Positions 37,150 to 50,430 are shown, counted from the first letter of the stretch. The stretch: DNA of 64,000 bases from Octopus sinensis (GCF_006345805.1 NC_042998.1:196912001-196976000), one strand, 5' to 3'. Notes: generated from the sequence alone by a model not told the origin. Made by a program: numbers and translations.

Positions 37150-37330
37150 ACCATCATTAACATCCATTGTCCATGCTGGCATGGGTTGGACGGTTCGACT
37201 ATGGCTGGCAAGCTGGAAGACTGCACCAGACTCCAGTCTGTTTTGGCATGGTTTCTATGGCTGGATACCCTTTCTAATGCCAACCACTTTACAGAGTGTA
37301 ATGGGTGCTTTTATGTGCCACCGGCACAGG
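37150..37330 (-). mobile_element. SINE-B, diverged
   Basis: Family core + tail. Confidence 0.7.
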
Positions 37331-37459
37331 AGCTATTTGCGTGGAAACAGTATCTGCCACAACTGTGATTTTAATTGGCTTCACGGGTCTTCTCAAACAT
37401 GGAACAATGCCAAATAGACTCAGTCATTGCCTCCATGAGGCCCATCTAATATATATATA

Positions 37460-37805
37460 TGGTTCCGGGTTCAGTCCCACTGCGTGGCATGTTGGGCAAG
37501 TGTCTTCTACTATAGCCTCGGGCCGACCAAAGCCTTGTGAGTGGATTTGGTAGACGGAAACTGAAACAAGCCCGTCATATATATATATGTGTGTGTGTGT
37601 CTGTGTTTGTCCCCCTAGCATTGCTTGACAACCGATGCTGGTGTGTTTACGTCGCTGTCACTTAGCAGTTCGGCAAAAGAGACTGATAGAATAAGTACTG
37701 GGCTTACAAAGAATAAGTCCTGGGGTCGATTTGCTCGACTAAAGGCGGTGCTCCAGCATGGCCACAGTCAAATGACTGAAACAAGTAAAAGAGTAAAAGA
37801 GAGTA
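37460..37805 (+). mobile_element. SINE-A (left member of tail-to-tail pair)
   Basis: Family match. Confidence 0.85.
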
Positions 37806-37871
37806 TAAATAACTACTTTTAGCCATAGGCTGAAACAGCTGTAAGAAGTGATTTTAATGATTTCAATACTC

Positions 37872-38272
37872 TCTCTTTTTACTCTTTTACTTGTTTCAGT
37901 CATTTGACTGTGGCCATGCTGGAGCACCGCCTTTAGTCGAGCAAATCGACCCCGGGACTTATTCTTTGTAAGCCTAGTACTTATTCTATCCGTCCATTTT
38001 GCCGAACTGCTAAGTTACGGGGACGTAAACACACCAGCATCGGTTGTCAAGTGATGTTGGGGGGACAAACACAGATACACAAACACATATATATATATAT
38101 ATACATACATATATACGACAGGCTTCTTTCAGTTTCCGTCTACCAAATCCACTCACAAGGCTTTGGTCGGCCCGAGGCTATAGTAGAAGACACTTGCCCA
38201 AGGTGCCATGCAGTGGGACAGAACCCGGAACCATGTGGTTGGTAAGCAAGCTAGTTACCACACAGCCACTCC
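37872..38272 (-). mobile_element. SINE-A (right member of tail-to-tail pair)
   Basis: Family match. Confidence 0.85.
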
Positions 38273-38852
38273 AATCAATTTATATTGATTTTTAAACCTT
38301 GTATTCTTATCTTATATGTACTGAATTATAAGATATATATGTATGATATTAAGGTTCTCATTTTGTTGAATAAATAAATAATCCAACATTCTAATATCCG
38401 AAAGTTGATGAACAAACTAAATTTGTTTCTCCGTTTTCCTTATTTGTATTATAAATTTACGGTAAAAATATTTCTTTACCTTCACCCGTTTAATACAATA
38501 AATGAATTAATTACATTGCAATTAAAAACATTTCTGTATTAAGAATCTGAGTACAGATTTTCTTCAGATTATACACTTCCATCTAAAGAAAAGAACACAT
38601 TAGATAATATGGTCCAGAGGTCGCCATTCATAGGAACAAGATAAGATAGTCACAATTGGATTGCTTTTGATCAAAAGTTTACTCATTGACATTTGATTTG
38701 GGATTATACAACAATTGTGAACAAGAATAATCTCCATTGCTTGTAGCTTTTTAATTCGCTACATTTTTATGACCTGTGCTGAGTAGGAAAACAGTATATT
38801 GGATAAATACTATTCCATTGTGGGCTACACCCATAACCCCTATCTTACTTTG

Positions 38853-38899
<47 letters not shown>

Positions 38900-38902
<3 letters not shown>

Positions 38903-39333
38903 TCATCATCATCGTTTAACGTCCGTTTTCTGTGCTAGCACAGGTTGGATGGTTCGACCGGGGTCTGGGAAGCCAGGGGCTGCACCAGGCTCCAGTCTGA
39001 TCTGGCAGTGTTTCTACAGCTGGATGCCCTTCCTAATGCCAACCACTCTGCGAGTGTAGTGGGTGCTTTTTACGTGCCACCTGCACAGGTGCCAGGGGGG
39101 TCTGGCATCGGCCACGATTGGTTGGAGCTTTTAACGTGCCACCGGCACGGAAGCCAGCCAAGGCAGCGCTGGCAACGGCCATGTTCGGATGGTGCTTTTT
39201 ATGTGCCACCAGCACAGGAGCCAGTCGGGGCGGCGCTGACATCGGCCATGTTTGGATGGTGCTTTTTATGTGCCACCGGCACAGAAGCCAGTCGAGTCGG
39301 CGCTGGCTACAGCCACGTTCGGGTGGTGCTTTT
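38900..39333 (-). mobile_element. SINE-B with about 5 internal repeat units, in (TA)n
   Basis: Family core + tail. Confidence 0.85.
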
Positions 39334-39831
39334 TATATATATATATATATATATACATACACACACATACATATTCATATAATGCACACATACATACACA
39401 TATAGGAAGACGTATGAGAGTGCATAAATCGTACACTCATTCAAACAAGTGTGGCATGCAATTCAGAAATTAACAGAAATGAAAAAGAAAATAAAGAGCA
39501 GAGAAATGTGAGTGAGCCAATTCCTGGAAATACATCAGAGGTGGTGGCTAATTTCGTCAATCTCTTTTATTTACAGGTATATATATTATGTTATAGGTGA
39601 TAGGTGTGGTGATGAATGAGCTGAATATATTGGTGGTGGTAGGTGAGACTATTAGACTATTTGGGTGACAGGTGGCTGTTCATGGTGGGGTGATGCCAGG
39701 TGAGTATTGGACTATAATGAAGGTGTTTAGTAACAGGTGACAGGTCTACGAATACCAATTGTATAATAGTGGTTATGGTCGTGGGAGACAGATGAATATT
39801 GAACATATAAATAAATATGAATTAGCAGTAA

Positions 39832-39975
39832 TCATCATCATCATCATCATCATCATTTAATGTCTGTTGTCCATGCTGGCATGGGTTAGATGGTTTGACC
39901 AGGGCTGGCAAGGCTGGAGAGCTGCACCAGACTCCCATCTGATTTGGCATGGTTTCTATGGCTGGGTGCTTCACC
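39832..39975 (-). mobile_element. RTE 3' tail (SINE-B-type sequence) of the adjacent LINE
   Basis: Contiguous with the RT remnant; (CAT)n on the plus strand. Confidence 0.75.
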
Positions 39976-42125
39976 ACCTCATCCCATGTCTTCCTGGAAC
40001 TTTTCTAGTTCTGATTGTGATTCAGCTATAAGAGCAAGGTCATCAGCATAGAGGAGCCCCCAGGGGCAGCCTGTCTTAAATTCCTCTGTTATTGTCTGGA
40101 GGACTATGATGAACAAGAGGCAGATGAGGACCAATCCTTGGTGAACCCCTACCTGTACCCTGAATTCTTTGCTGTGCTTGTTGCCAACCCTCACCTTACT
40201 GGTAGCATCTCTGTACATGGCTTGTACAGCTCTCACCAAACACTTGCCTATCCCTAGTTTCCACATTGACCACCAGATAAGGGATTGGGGACCCTGTCAA
40301 AGGCTTTATCCAAGTCAACAAGAGCCAAGTATAGAGGTTTATCTTTGGCTATGTATTTCTCCTACAGCTTCCTTACCAGAAATATAGCATCAGTGGTGCT
40401 TCTCCCTGGCACAAAACCAAACTGCATCTGATCTAGACTAACGCTCTCTCCCTAATTAGTTGGCTATGACTCTCTCAGTAACTTCCATCACCTGATCCAA
40501 CAATTTGATACCTCTGTAATTATTTCTATCTAAGGTGTCACCTTTACCTTTGTAGTAGTTGACTATGGTGCTGCTACACCAGTCATTGGATATGATCCCT
40601 TTGTGAACCACCTGATTTACAAAACAGGTGACGAGATCATAACCCACACCACCAGATATCTTCAGCATCTCAGAGGTGATTCCTGATGAGCTGGGGGCTT
40701 TCCCTGTCTTCATATTCTTAACTGCTTTATCTACCAAGAGACTGTGGATTCAGGTGGCTGACTCTTCAATTGGTTCAACATTTGGCAGACTCTCCTCCTC
40801 CCATTCATTCTCCACATTCAGCAGTCTTTCATAATGGCATTTCAAAGCCTCTTTCTTTGCAGAATCATTAAATACAAGCGCACCATCATCCAGGCAGACA
40901 CATTTCTCTCCTATGACATCACAATTTTCTCTCACACACTGTCTCGCAATCCAAATCACTTAAGCTCTTTGGTCCTCACGTCACTGAACATAGGCAAATT
41001 TCTTCTTTTCTGCTTCTCCCTTGGTTAGATACACCTATCTCCCAGCTTCCCTTCCGGCTATATGATGCAGTTCCCTGCTACCACCACTCTTCCAGGCCTA
41101 TTTCTTTGCTCTAATGGCCCTGTCTACAGCATTGTTCCACCACCATGTTACCCTAGGTCTGGATGGGACTTTGCCCCAATGCAGATTTGCTCTGTGGCAC
41201 TCAGCAAGCTGTCTTGCAGGAATTCTCAGTTGCCCTCTCTGTCACAAGTCTGTAGGTCCTCCTCCCCCTCATCAAATTTCGCAGTTGTCCCTAAATCTCT
41301 GACTATATGAACGGTCCTTAAGCTTCCGAATCCTTCTTTTCCAGATTGGTCTGCTTCTTGGCATCCTTCCGGCCTGGAGTCTAAAGTCACTAATGACTAA
41401 TCTATGCTGGAAGATACATTCTTCACCAGGGAGGGGCTTTGTATTTAAGAGCAACCATGCATCCCACTGTCTGGTGAGAATGAAATCGATCTGGTTAGCA
41501 CAATCACATAATTGGTAGGTAATCACCTGGCTGGCTGGCTTCCTGAAGTTGGTGTTGCAGATCGATAGGTTATTTACATCACAGAACTCCAATAGCTTTG
41601 TTCCCTCTTCATTTCAGGAACCAATTCTATGGCCCCTATGGAAGATACCAGGCTGCCATCTGACATGCCCATTGAAATCCCCACCCATGAAAATTAGATC
41701 TTAGTCATTCATCTTTGAGGTAGCCTGCAGAAGAATATCATAAAAGTAGTCCTTCTGTTCATTTGGTAGGCCTGCTAGTGGATTGGCATGGTTTCTACGG
41801 CTGGGTGTTTCACCACCTCATCCCATGTCTTCCTGGAACTTTTCTGGAACATAGGCAGAGATAATTGTTGCTATGTTATTCTGCAAGACTAGCCTGAGCT
41901 TAAGCACTTTATTGTACACTCTGACTACGTCTATGACCTTATCCACCCATTTCTCTGTAAGAAGTATGCCCACACCACCTATCTCGTCACTGTCACCTTC
42001 CCAGAAGATTTTATACTTATGTGAGTTGCCTGTGAGGAACCTGGCTGATGCTACATACATCAACTCTTGGATGCAACATCTATCAACACGTCTCTGTTCA
42101 AGCATCTCAACAATCTTGCCTCTGT
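39976..42125 (-). mobile_element. Decayed RTE-clade LINE (APE endonuclease + reverse transcriptase), internally deleted
   Basis: ORF remnants with CCIQE, GGVGILL, ISAYVP (APE); KAP..SGIT.EMLK, NYRGIKLL, GVHQG, LLYADDL (RT). Joins directly to the (CAT)n-tailed SINE-B sequence. Confidence 0.9.
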
Positions 42126-42894
42126 TCAAGCATTGGAGAGATAAATATAAGTTTCAAATTTTGGTATAGAGCCAGCAATTCTGGGGGAGGGGTTACGTTG
42201 TTTACATTGCCACTGAAAGGATAAAAGGCAAAGTTGACCTTGGTGGAATTTGAACTGAGAACATAAACATGGATGAAATGCTGTGAGGCATTTTGCCTGG
42301 TGTGCTAACAATTCTGCCAACCTTAATGTAGAGATAGATATTAGAAACATCAGTGGTGATTGTTGGACCGTGCAAAGTAGTGGTGGCCACTATTGGACTA
42401 TACATAGTCTTGGACTGTGGTTGATGTTGGCTGTTGGTCTATGTGCCAAAGTACAGTGACCTCTATTTGCAAACCCATGCAATTGCACTCAGTATTTCTT
42501 GTGCACAAAATGTGAGTTTGTTATGATATTTCACCATTACTGACACCCACAGCCATATGGTGACACCAACCATCCACTCTCGCTTCACCTACTCACCTAC
42601 ACTAACATACAAGTTTATCTCCTTCACTACTCTCTACATTTCTCATTTGAAAATAATCTTCTCATATGAAGGGCCAGGTGTGAAATATTAGATTTCTGGT
42701 CTGAGAGAAAAATCCATAAAATGCATGCACAGTGAGACTCAATTTCTATATACTTAGACCCAAATATATACATACATACATATATGTGTGTGTGTGTGTG
42801 TGTGTGTATAATTTTCACTAAATATGTCTAGGGTGTCAGGACATCTACATTGCTAGAAATAAGAGCTTAAAAGCTCTAATGCTGTAGTTAAAGT

Positions 42895-43150
42895 ACATGA
42901 TCGTTGCCAGAGCAGCTAACTGGCTTCCGTGCCGGTGGCATGTAAGAGGCACCATTCAAGCGGGATCATTACCAGCATCACCTTACTGGCACCTGTGGGG
43001 TCATTGCAAGTGTTAGGAAGGGCATCCAGCTGTAGAAACTCTGCCAGATCAGATTGGAGCCTGGTGCAGCCATCTGGTTCGCCAGCCCTCAGTCAAACCA
43101 TCCAACCCATGCTAGCATGGAAAGCGGACGTTAAACGATGATGATGATGA
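42895..43150 (+). mobile_element. SINE-B
   Basis: Family core + tail. Confidence 0.8.
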
Positions 43151-43529
43151 TATGCACTGACAGGGACTGTAATCACCCAAAAACACTGGTCAAGAATTCC
43201 CTGTAGTGATCAATCAGCTTTGGCTAATTCTGTAGCCTCATCAATGCCTGAAACTGACCAATCAGTATAGGGAATTCATGACCAGCGTTTTTGGGGCTAT
43301 TACAGACCCTGTTAGTACACATGTCTACAATTATGTACTTTAAACAACAGCATAAGAACTGTTTAGTTCTTATTTCTAGCAATGTAGTCGTTCTGGCACC
43401 TTAGTCTTATTTCGTGACAATTATAGTTTTCCTTTTGGGTAACACATTTCACACGTGCCTATATTAATTTATATATATATATATTGTTCAAACATATATA
43501 TTATTTGAACTTGAAAGTAAATATTGTAA

Positions 43530-43905
43530 TTGTGGCACGTAAAAAGCACCAACTGATCGTGGCCATTGCCAGCCTACTTTGGCACCTAAAAAGCACCATC
43601 CGTACATGGCCGATGCCAGCGCCGCCTTGACTGGCTCCTGTGTCGGTGGAACGTAAAAACCACCAACCGATCGCGGCCGTTGCCAGCCTCCCTTGGCACC
43701 TGTGCCGGTGGCACGTAAAAAGCACCCACTACACTCCTCATGGAGTGGTTGGCATTAAGGAAGGGTATCCAGCTGTAGAAACACTGCCAGATCAGACTGG
43801 AGCCTGGTGCAACCTCCTAGCTTCCCAGACCCAGGTTGAACCGTCCAACTCATGCTAGCATGGAAAAACGGACGTTAAACGACAATGATGATGATAATGA
43901 TAATG
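43530..43905 (+). mobile_element. SINE-B with 53-bp TSD
   Basis: Identical 53-mers at 43477-43529 and 43906-43958. Confidence 0.9.
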
Positions 43906-44445
43906 ATATATATTGTTCAAACATATATATTATTTGAACTTGAAAGTAAATATTGTAAAGAAGATTGTGTTACTGTAACAACAGCAGTAACAACAACAAT
44001 GATGGCGAGGGTGGGGTGGGACAATACCAATAAAATAGTAGCAGCTAACAGTCGTAACCAATCAACCGTTGGTAAGTCTTTAGACTTGATCCAGGTGTGA
44101 TGATTTAGTGAGATTAGAAAGCTAGATATGTTCAGCCTTTCACCATTGACACCAACACCCATTTACCTGTCCACTTGGCAGTCAAATAATGTCCACTTAA
44201 AGTAGCTAGCAGGTTACTTTATAGCCTACGTGTATACACATGTCACCAATCCAAATTATATTGTCTGCGTTGTCTAAAAATAATTCAACTGATTCACTCC
44301 AGTTAACTTCCTTGTTTATTAATTTTCGAATTTTAAGGAAGATTCAGTAACAGCTTGACCTGCAAGAAATAGCAACCAAATTTCTTCAAATTATACACTT
44401 CCATCTAAGAAATGAACACATTAGATAATATGGTCCAGAGGTCAC

Positions 44446-44828
44446 TGTGGCATGTAAAAAGCACCATCCGAACGTGGCCGATGCCAGCGCTGATTTGACT
44501 GGCTTCTGTGCCGGTGTCATGTAAAAAGCACCAACCGATTGTGGCCATGCCAGCGCCGCCTCGACTGGCTTCTGTGCCGATGGCACGTAAAAAGCACCAA
44601 CCAATCATGGCCACTGCCAGCCTCCCCTGGCACCTGTGCTGGTGGCACGTAAAAAGCACCCACAACACTCTCAGAGTGGTTGGCGTTAGGAAGGGCATCC
44701 AGCTGTAGAAACACTGCCAGATCAGACTGGAGCCTGGTGCAGCCACCTGGCTTCCCAGACCCCAGTCGAACCGTCTAACCCGTGCTTGCATGGAAACGGA
44801 TGTTAAACGATGATGATGATGATGATGA
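44446..44828 (+). mobile_element. SINE-B
   Basis: Family core + tail. Confidence 0.85.
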
Positions 44829-45145
44829 CAATTGGATTGCTCCAGGTCAGTCCTGATCCGGCTAATTCCCATATTCAAAATCATTCCAATAGTGCATCCT
44901 ATCTTTTTTTTTTTGACATAGTGTATCTACAGCTACATTGCCCAACTTATTGGTGTTTAGGTTCAGGCAAACCTTGATCAAGCAAACCTATAACCAAAGG
45001 CATTCCAATCGTGAACATCCCATCTAATTTTCCAACATTGTGTATCTAGGTCTATGTTATTATTCAAAGCCAATGTGTCCTTTCTTTTATCATTTTCATA
45101 CCAACCAACCTGTGACCACAACCTCAAATTCTCAAATATAGAATC

Positions 45146-45390
45146 ATCATCATCATTGTTTAACGTCCATTTTCCATGCTGGGTTGGACGGTTCGACCGG
45201 GGTCTGGGAAGCCAGGAGACTGCACCAGTCTCATCTGGCAGTGTTTCTACAGTTTGATACCCTTCCTAACGCCAACCACTCCGAGAGTGTAGTGGGTGCT
45301 TTTTACGTGCCAGGGGAGGCTGGCAACGGCCACGATCAGTTGGTACTTTTTATGTGCCACCTACACGGAACCCAGTCAACGTGGCACTGG
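45146..45390 (-). mobile_element. SINE-B
   Basis: Family core + tail. Confidence 0.8.
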
Positions 45391-46119
45391 CATCTTTTTA
45401 GATATTCATACTGAAGTTAAAACCTCCCTTCATATTTTTATATGAGGACATTTTATTCAGTTCCAAACATTGCTTAATAATGGAAAAATTACTTACATCT
45501 ACAAGTTTTTTACTCTGAATTTGATATGATTTATGGCAATTAAATATGACAATATCATAAGCTAACCTCATCGTCACTTGTAACAATCATTTCTAAGCAA
45601 AACAAGGGCAATGAAAGCCACTTTTAAATATTTTCCTACTCAGCACAGGTCATAAAAATGTAGCAAATTAAAAAGCTACAAGCAATGGAGATTATTTCTC
45701 TTCACAATTGTTGTATAATCCCAAATCAACTGTCAATGAAGGCTGAACTTCCTAATTTTCTCCCTCCTTCAGAATAAAAAAAATTTTTTTTACAAGTGAG
45801 GAATTGGTCCAATGCATCACATTGCAGTTCTTCAGTATGGTTTTGGATTCATATTCTACTGGATTCCAGTTTGACTATCACTGGTAAAATACCAGTATCA
45901 TTACAAAATTGACTCTACTCAGGTCTTAAAATATTTGTAGTCGTGCTGGATTAAATATGTTAAAGCAGTGAATCTCAAACTTATTTTGTTATGGTATAGG
46001 TATAGATAAGGTGGCGAGCTGGCAGAAATGTTAGCATGCCGGGTGAAATGCTTAGCGGTATTTCGTCAGCCGTTAAGTTCTGAGTTCAAATTCCGCCGAG
46101 GTCGACAAATTAAGTACCA

Positions 46120-46362
46120 GTAAAAAGATTTGAGCGAGGGCGTTGCCAGTAGCACCTGACTAGCCTCTGTGCTGGTGGCACATAAAAAGCACCCACTACA
46201 CTCTCGGAGTGGTTGGCATTAGGAAGGGCATCCAGCTGTAGAAACTCTGCCAGATCAAGATTGGAGCCTGGTGCGGATGTCTGGTTCACCAGCCCTCAGT
46301 CAAAATCATTCAACCCATGCTAGCATGGAAAGCGGATGTTAAACGATGATGATGATGATGAT
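46120..46362 (+). mobile_element. SINE-B fused to a truncated SINE-C head (46008-46120)
   Basis: Family core + tail. Confidence 0.8.
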
Positions 46363-46813
46363 TTGGAGGTAACGGTATATTTTGTCTAGGGCCCTAATTA
46401 TACTATCAAACCTCTTAGGGACAGAAGAGATAAAATGACCAAATAATTACAATTGTACTAAACTAGGATTCCATCAGTTTGTGAGTTAGCATCTATGTAA
46501 CCAGAGCAATTCATCCATCAGTTCAAAATCTCACTAAACTACCAAACTGACTAGATTGAAAAGAGACCAAGGCAAATAGGTAGAGGAACTTTTAAGTAAT
46601 CTCTCAAATTAATTCAATGTACGAGCTAAATCTCCTTCAGTAAATATTTACGAAATAACTTGCACCAATTACTTTAGCAGTTAAACTCACAACATTCCTA
46701 TCTTTGAAATATTACTGGCCTAGATGACACCGACAGAGCATGTCTGCATCCACTTGCTTTGCTAAAAGTAGCAGCTAAATTCCTTTGAATAGACACTAGT
46801 CAATCTTAAAATA

Positions 46814-46984
46814 GGCGCAGGAGTGGCTGTGTGGTAAGTAGCTTGCTAACCAACCACATGGTTCCGGGTTCAGTCCCACTGCGTGGCATCTTGGGCAAGT
46901 GTCTTCTGCTATAGCCCCGGGCCGACCAATGCCTTGTGAGTGGATTTGGTAGACGGAAACTGAAAGAAGCCTGTCGTATATATG

Positions 46985-47021
<37 letters not shown>

Positions 47022-47230
47022 TTGTGTGTCTGTGTTTGTCCCCCTAGCATTGCTTGACAACTGATGCTGGTGTGTTTACGTCCCCGTCACTTAGCGGTTC
47101 GGCAAAAGAGACCGATAGAATAAGTACTGGGCTTACAAAGAATAAGTCCCAGGGTCGATTTGCTCGACTAAAGGCGGTGCTCCAGCATGGCCGCAGTCAA
47201 ATGACTGAAACAAGTAAAAGAGTAAAAGAG
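46814..47230 (+). mobile_element. SINE-A (tRNA-derived, internal (TA)n(TG)n), full length
   Basis: Box A/B-like head (ggctgtgtggtaag; ggttcagtccc), (GTAAAAGA)n tail. Family name is my label. Confidence 0.85.
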
Positions 47231-47650
47231 TAATATGAGCCAAGGAGGAAGTTTCTGGGTGCCTTACTTACACAATGTAACAATCAAATCTTTAGCAACT
47301 AAAACATTATCATCATCATGGATGGACATCATTGCTTTCATGTCAATGTTTATTTTCTTAGGTTGCAAATGAGTTGGGCAGGTCAGTCACCCTGCGTATT
47401 ACCAGACATCCTCTCATCAGTGAGGTTCAACATCCTGTGATCTAACCAAACCACTTCCTACCATGGCGAATATGCAACATTCTCCGCCATCCTCTTCATC
47501 ACATGCATTATGTGAGCATATAGCAAAAAGTGATGGAATCTTCATGTGGTTACATGATCTGTTAGAAATAACAACCAAATCCCCTTAAATCACACCTTAA
47601 TGTTGTAAAAAAAAACACACACACATAAGATAATGTAATTTTAGCTAAAC

Positions 47651-47912
47651 TCATCATCATCATTTAATGTCCGCTTCCCATGCTAGCATGGGTTGGATGA
47701 TTTTGACTGAGGGCTGGCAAACCAGATGGCTGTACCAGGCTCCAATCTTGATCTGGCAGAGTTTCTACAGCTGGTTGCCCTTCCTGCCGCCAATCACTCT
47801 GAGAGTGCAGTAGGTGCTTTTTATGTGCCACCGGCATAGGGGCCAGTCAGATGGTACTGGCAACAACCTCGCTCGAATCTTTTTACACATGCCATCAGCA
47901 CAGGTGCCAGTA
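47651..47912 (-). mobile_element. SINE-B
   Basis: Family core + tail. Confidence 0.85.
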
Positions 47913-48220
47913 TCTGAATAAACAATGTTGTGAGTCATGACTGGAAGACCTTTGATCAGGTCTATATCAAATCGGAGTAGAACTAGGAGTAACCCTTTAG
48001 CGTTCAGATCAGTCTATCAAATGAAATGCTTATTAATTGTTTTGAATTAATCATGCATTATCTTGTAGTTTAGAGATTTCGAGGATGTGGTTGTATAGTT
48101 TAAGAATGACATTGATGGGTAAGGTGAGAGGCCAGATATGGTTGGTTTGAACATAAAACAGGTAGAATATTTTGGCCAGATACGGCCAGTTTAAATGCTA
48201 ACATTTTTTCAGTGGATTCC

Positions 48221-50293
48221 TATGTTTTCGATGACGGACATTCTTAATATGCCAAAAACCAGGTTTTCAAAATTTTCAATTCTCCCTCCACACCCCAAAA
48301 TTTTGTAATTTTAACTTTTTTTTTTAGAATTTTTTTTTTTCAATCTATGTGGGAAAATATGGAGATTAAGAATATGGAAGAAAAAATAATTAAAATCGAA
48401 TTTTTTTGGAGGAAACTCCAAAATTGATTCATACACCCCTTGCCACCCCATCCTGCTGTCTGAAAGTGAAAATGAACAGCTTGCGTTGTTTGTGTGTGCA
48501 AATGAACGGTTTTGATAGAAGCAAACACAATATTTGATAATATGCTGTTCTTCATTCAGAAAGAATAAAAACTTCATGGAACTTTGTTCATGTGTATCCC
48601 CACCCATAAAAAAAAAAGTTTGTATATCCGGAAACTACATGATATAACACATATTCGTAAAAAATTTCATTGAAAAATATCCATTTTTCTGAAAGTTATG
48701 ATCATTCAAAGTCGGTGGCACAGAAACCTGTATATAATGCCTGGAATTTAAGTGCATAGTGTCCACAAAATTGACAACAATTTTTCCAGAGAAGGGAAGA
48801 TAAGTTTTTTGTAAAAGAGATACTCCAAATCATTTCCAAGGGCACTGTGAAAAGAAATCTGAAATATCTCCATCAAAATGGAAAAATTCCAACTTGGTGG
48901 TGCTTCCTAACTTCGAAGTCGGCCTATAGCTGTATCTATGTGTCTTTGTGTTTGACATCCCGTCACTGCTTATAACCGCAGTTGCATTACATTATTTGCA
49001 ACGGAGAGATAGGTATCCTCATCATGTCTCGGCTGATGTACTCTCCAGCCTTCATCCTGTATTCTGGTGGAATTTTGAACCCAACCCTTTATTTGACTAA
49101 TGTTACGGCGTTTACATCCCCATAACTTAGTGGTTCGGCAAAAAAAAAACAATAGAATAAGTACTAGGCTTCAAAAATAAGGGGCTGTTTCATTGACTCA
49201 AGCCCTTCAAGGCGGTGCTCCAGTATGGCCACAGTCAAGTGATTGAAACAAGTAAAGGAATAACTCCACAATGTCACCTTTCTTCTTCTTGATGAACATC
49301 CATCACCCTTCTATAGTCTGTCTATGGATGCTGTCATCATTTGGATAAGAAAAATATTGAGTGAATCATTGACCCACATAAAAAGACCCTGATTGAATAT
49401 CAAGCGTGTTTCATGAAATTTTGGTATATTACTGGGCATAACTATAAATTTCTGCTCCTTTCCCCGACACCTCCTCAACTTGGGATGATCCTAACTTTTA
49501 GGAAAATGGATAATTGTTAGTGAAATTTTCTATGAATGTGTTATACCATGTAGATTCTGAATATACAAAATTTTTTTTTTGGGGGGGGGGGGCAGTGTTT
49601 TAGCGGGGAATTTTAGAAAATTCGCTGGGGTCCACTTCAATTCGTCCTAACTTTCAAGAAAATAGATATTTTTTAATGAAATTCTCTACAAATATACCTC
49701 AGATTATGTAGATTCCGAGGACATAGGAATTTTGGGGGAAACAATTGGAGGTAATTTTTGAGAACCGTTTCCCACTCGCAGGTGTGTCTGAACAAGTCCA
49801 TCGCTTGTAGAGAATTTCATTTAAAAATATCCATTTTCTTGAAAGTTAAGACGAATTGAACTCCAGTGAATTTTCCAAAACCCCCAAAATTTGGCTATAT
49901 CCTTATGCCACATATTTTGTCCTTTAGAAGTAATTCCTGATGGACAAGGGGCTTTCAGTCTTCATATTCTTAACTGCTACCAAGAAGAATGGTTGGACCC
50001 TCACTTATGTTCACATTTGGACAGCTCTCATACATATAGTAGGCTTTAAATAGCGGAATGAAATGGCGAAGGGGATGTATGAATCAATTTTGGAGTTTCC
50101 TCATAGAAAAATTGAAATTAATTATTCACTTTTTCCCATATTTCTAATCTCCCTATTTTCCCATGTAGATTGAAAAAAAAAAAAAAAATTCGAAAAAAGT
50201 TAAAATTAAAAAATTTGGGGTGGGGAGGGGGAATTGAAAATTTCGAAAACATGGTTTTTGGCAATATTCAGAATCTCTGTCATCGAAAACTAA
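48221..50293. mobile_element. Foldback-like element with about 230-bp outer TIRs and further nested inverted pairs
   Basis: 48221-48450 vs 50060-50293; 48595-48705 vs 49480-49595; 49630-49700 vs 49800-49870. Confidence 0.75.
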
Positions 50294-50430
50294 AGTCGAT
50301 TTTTCGTGCTGGTGTACTTGTAAACATTAACCAACTTTTTAATTGGTTTGGAGAGAGTAATATACCAATCATTATGTACCCTCAAATACCCCTTGCACCC
50401 TATATAGATGGTGTGAGTGTGTTTTTGCAA

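Noticed and set aside
46814-46890. tRNA-like heads of SINE-A/C/D as tRNA genes
   Set aside because: Box A/B-like motifs only; they continue into SINE bodies and lack a complete cloverleaf.
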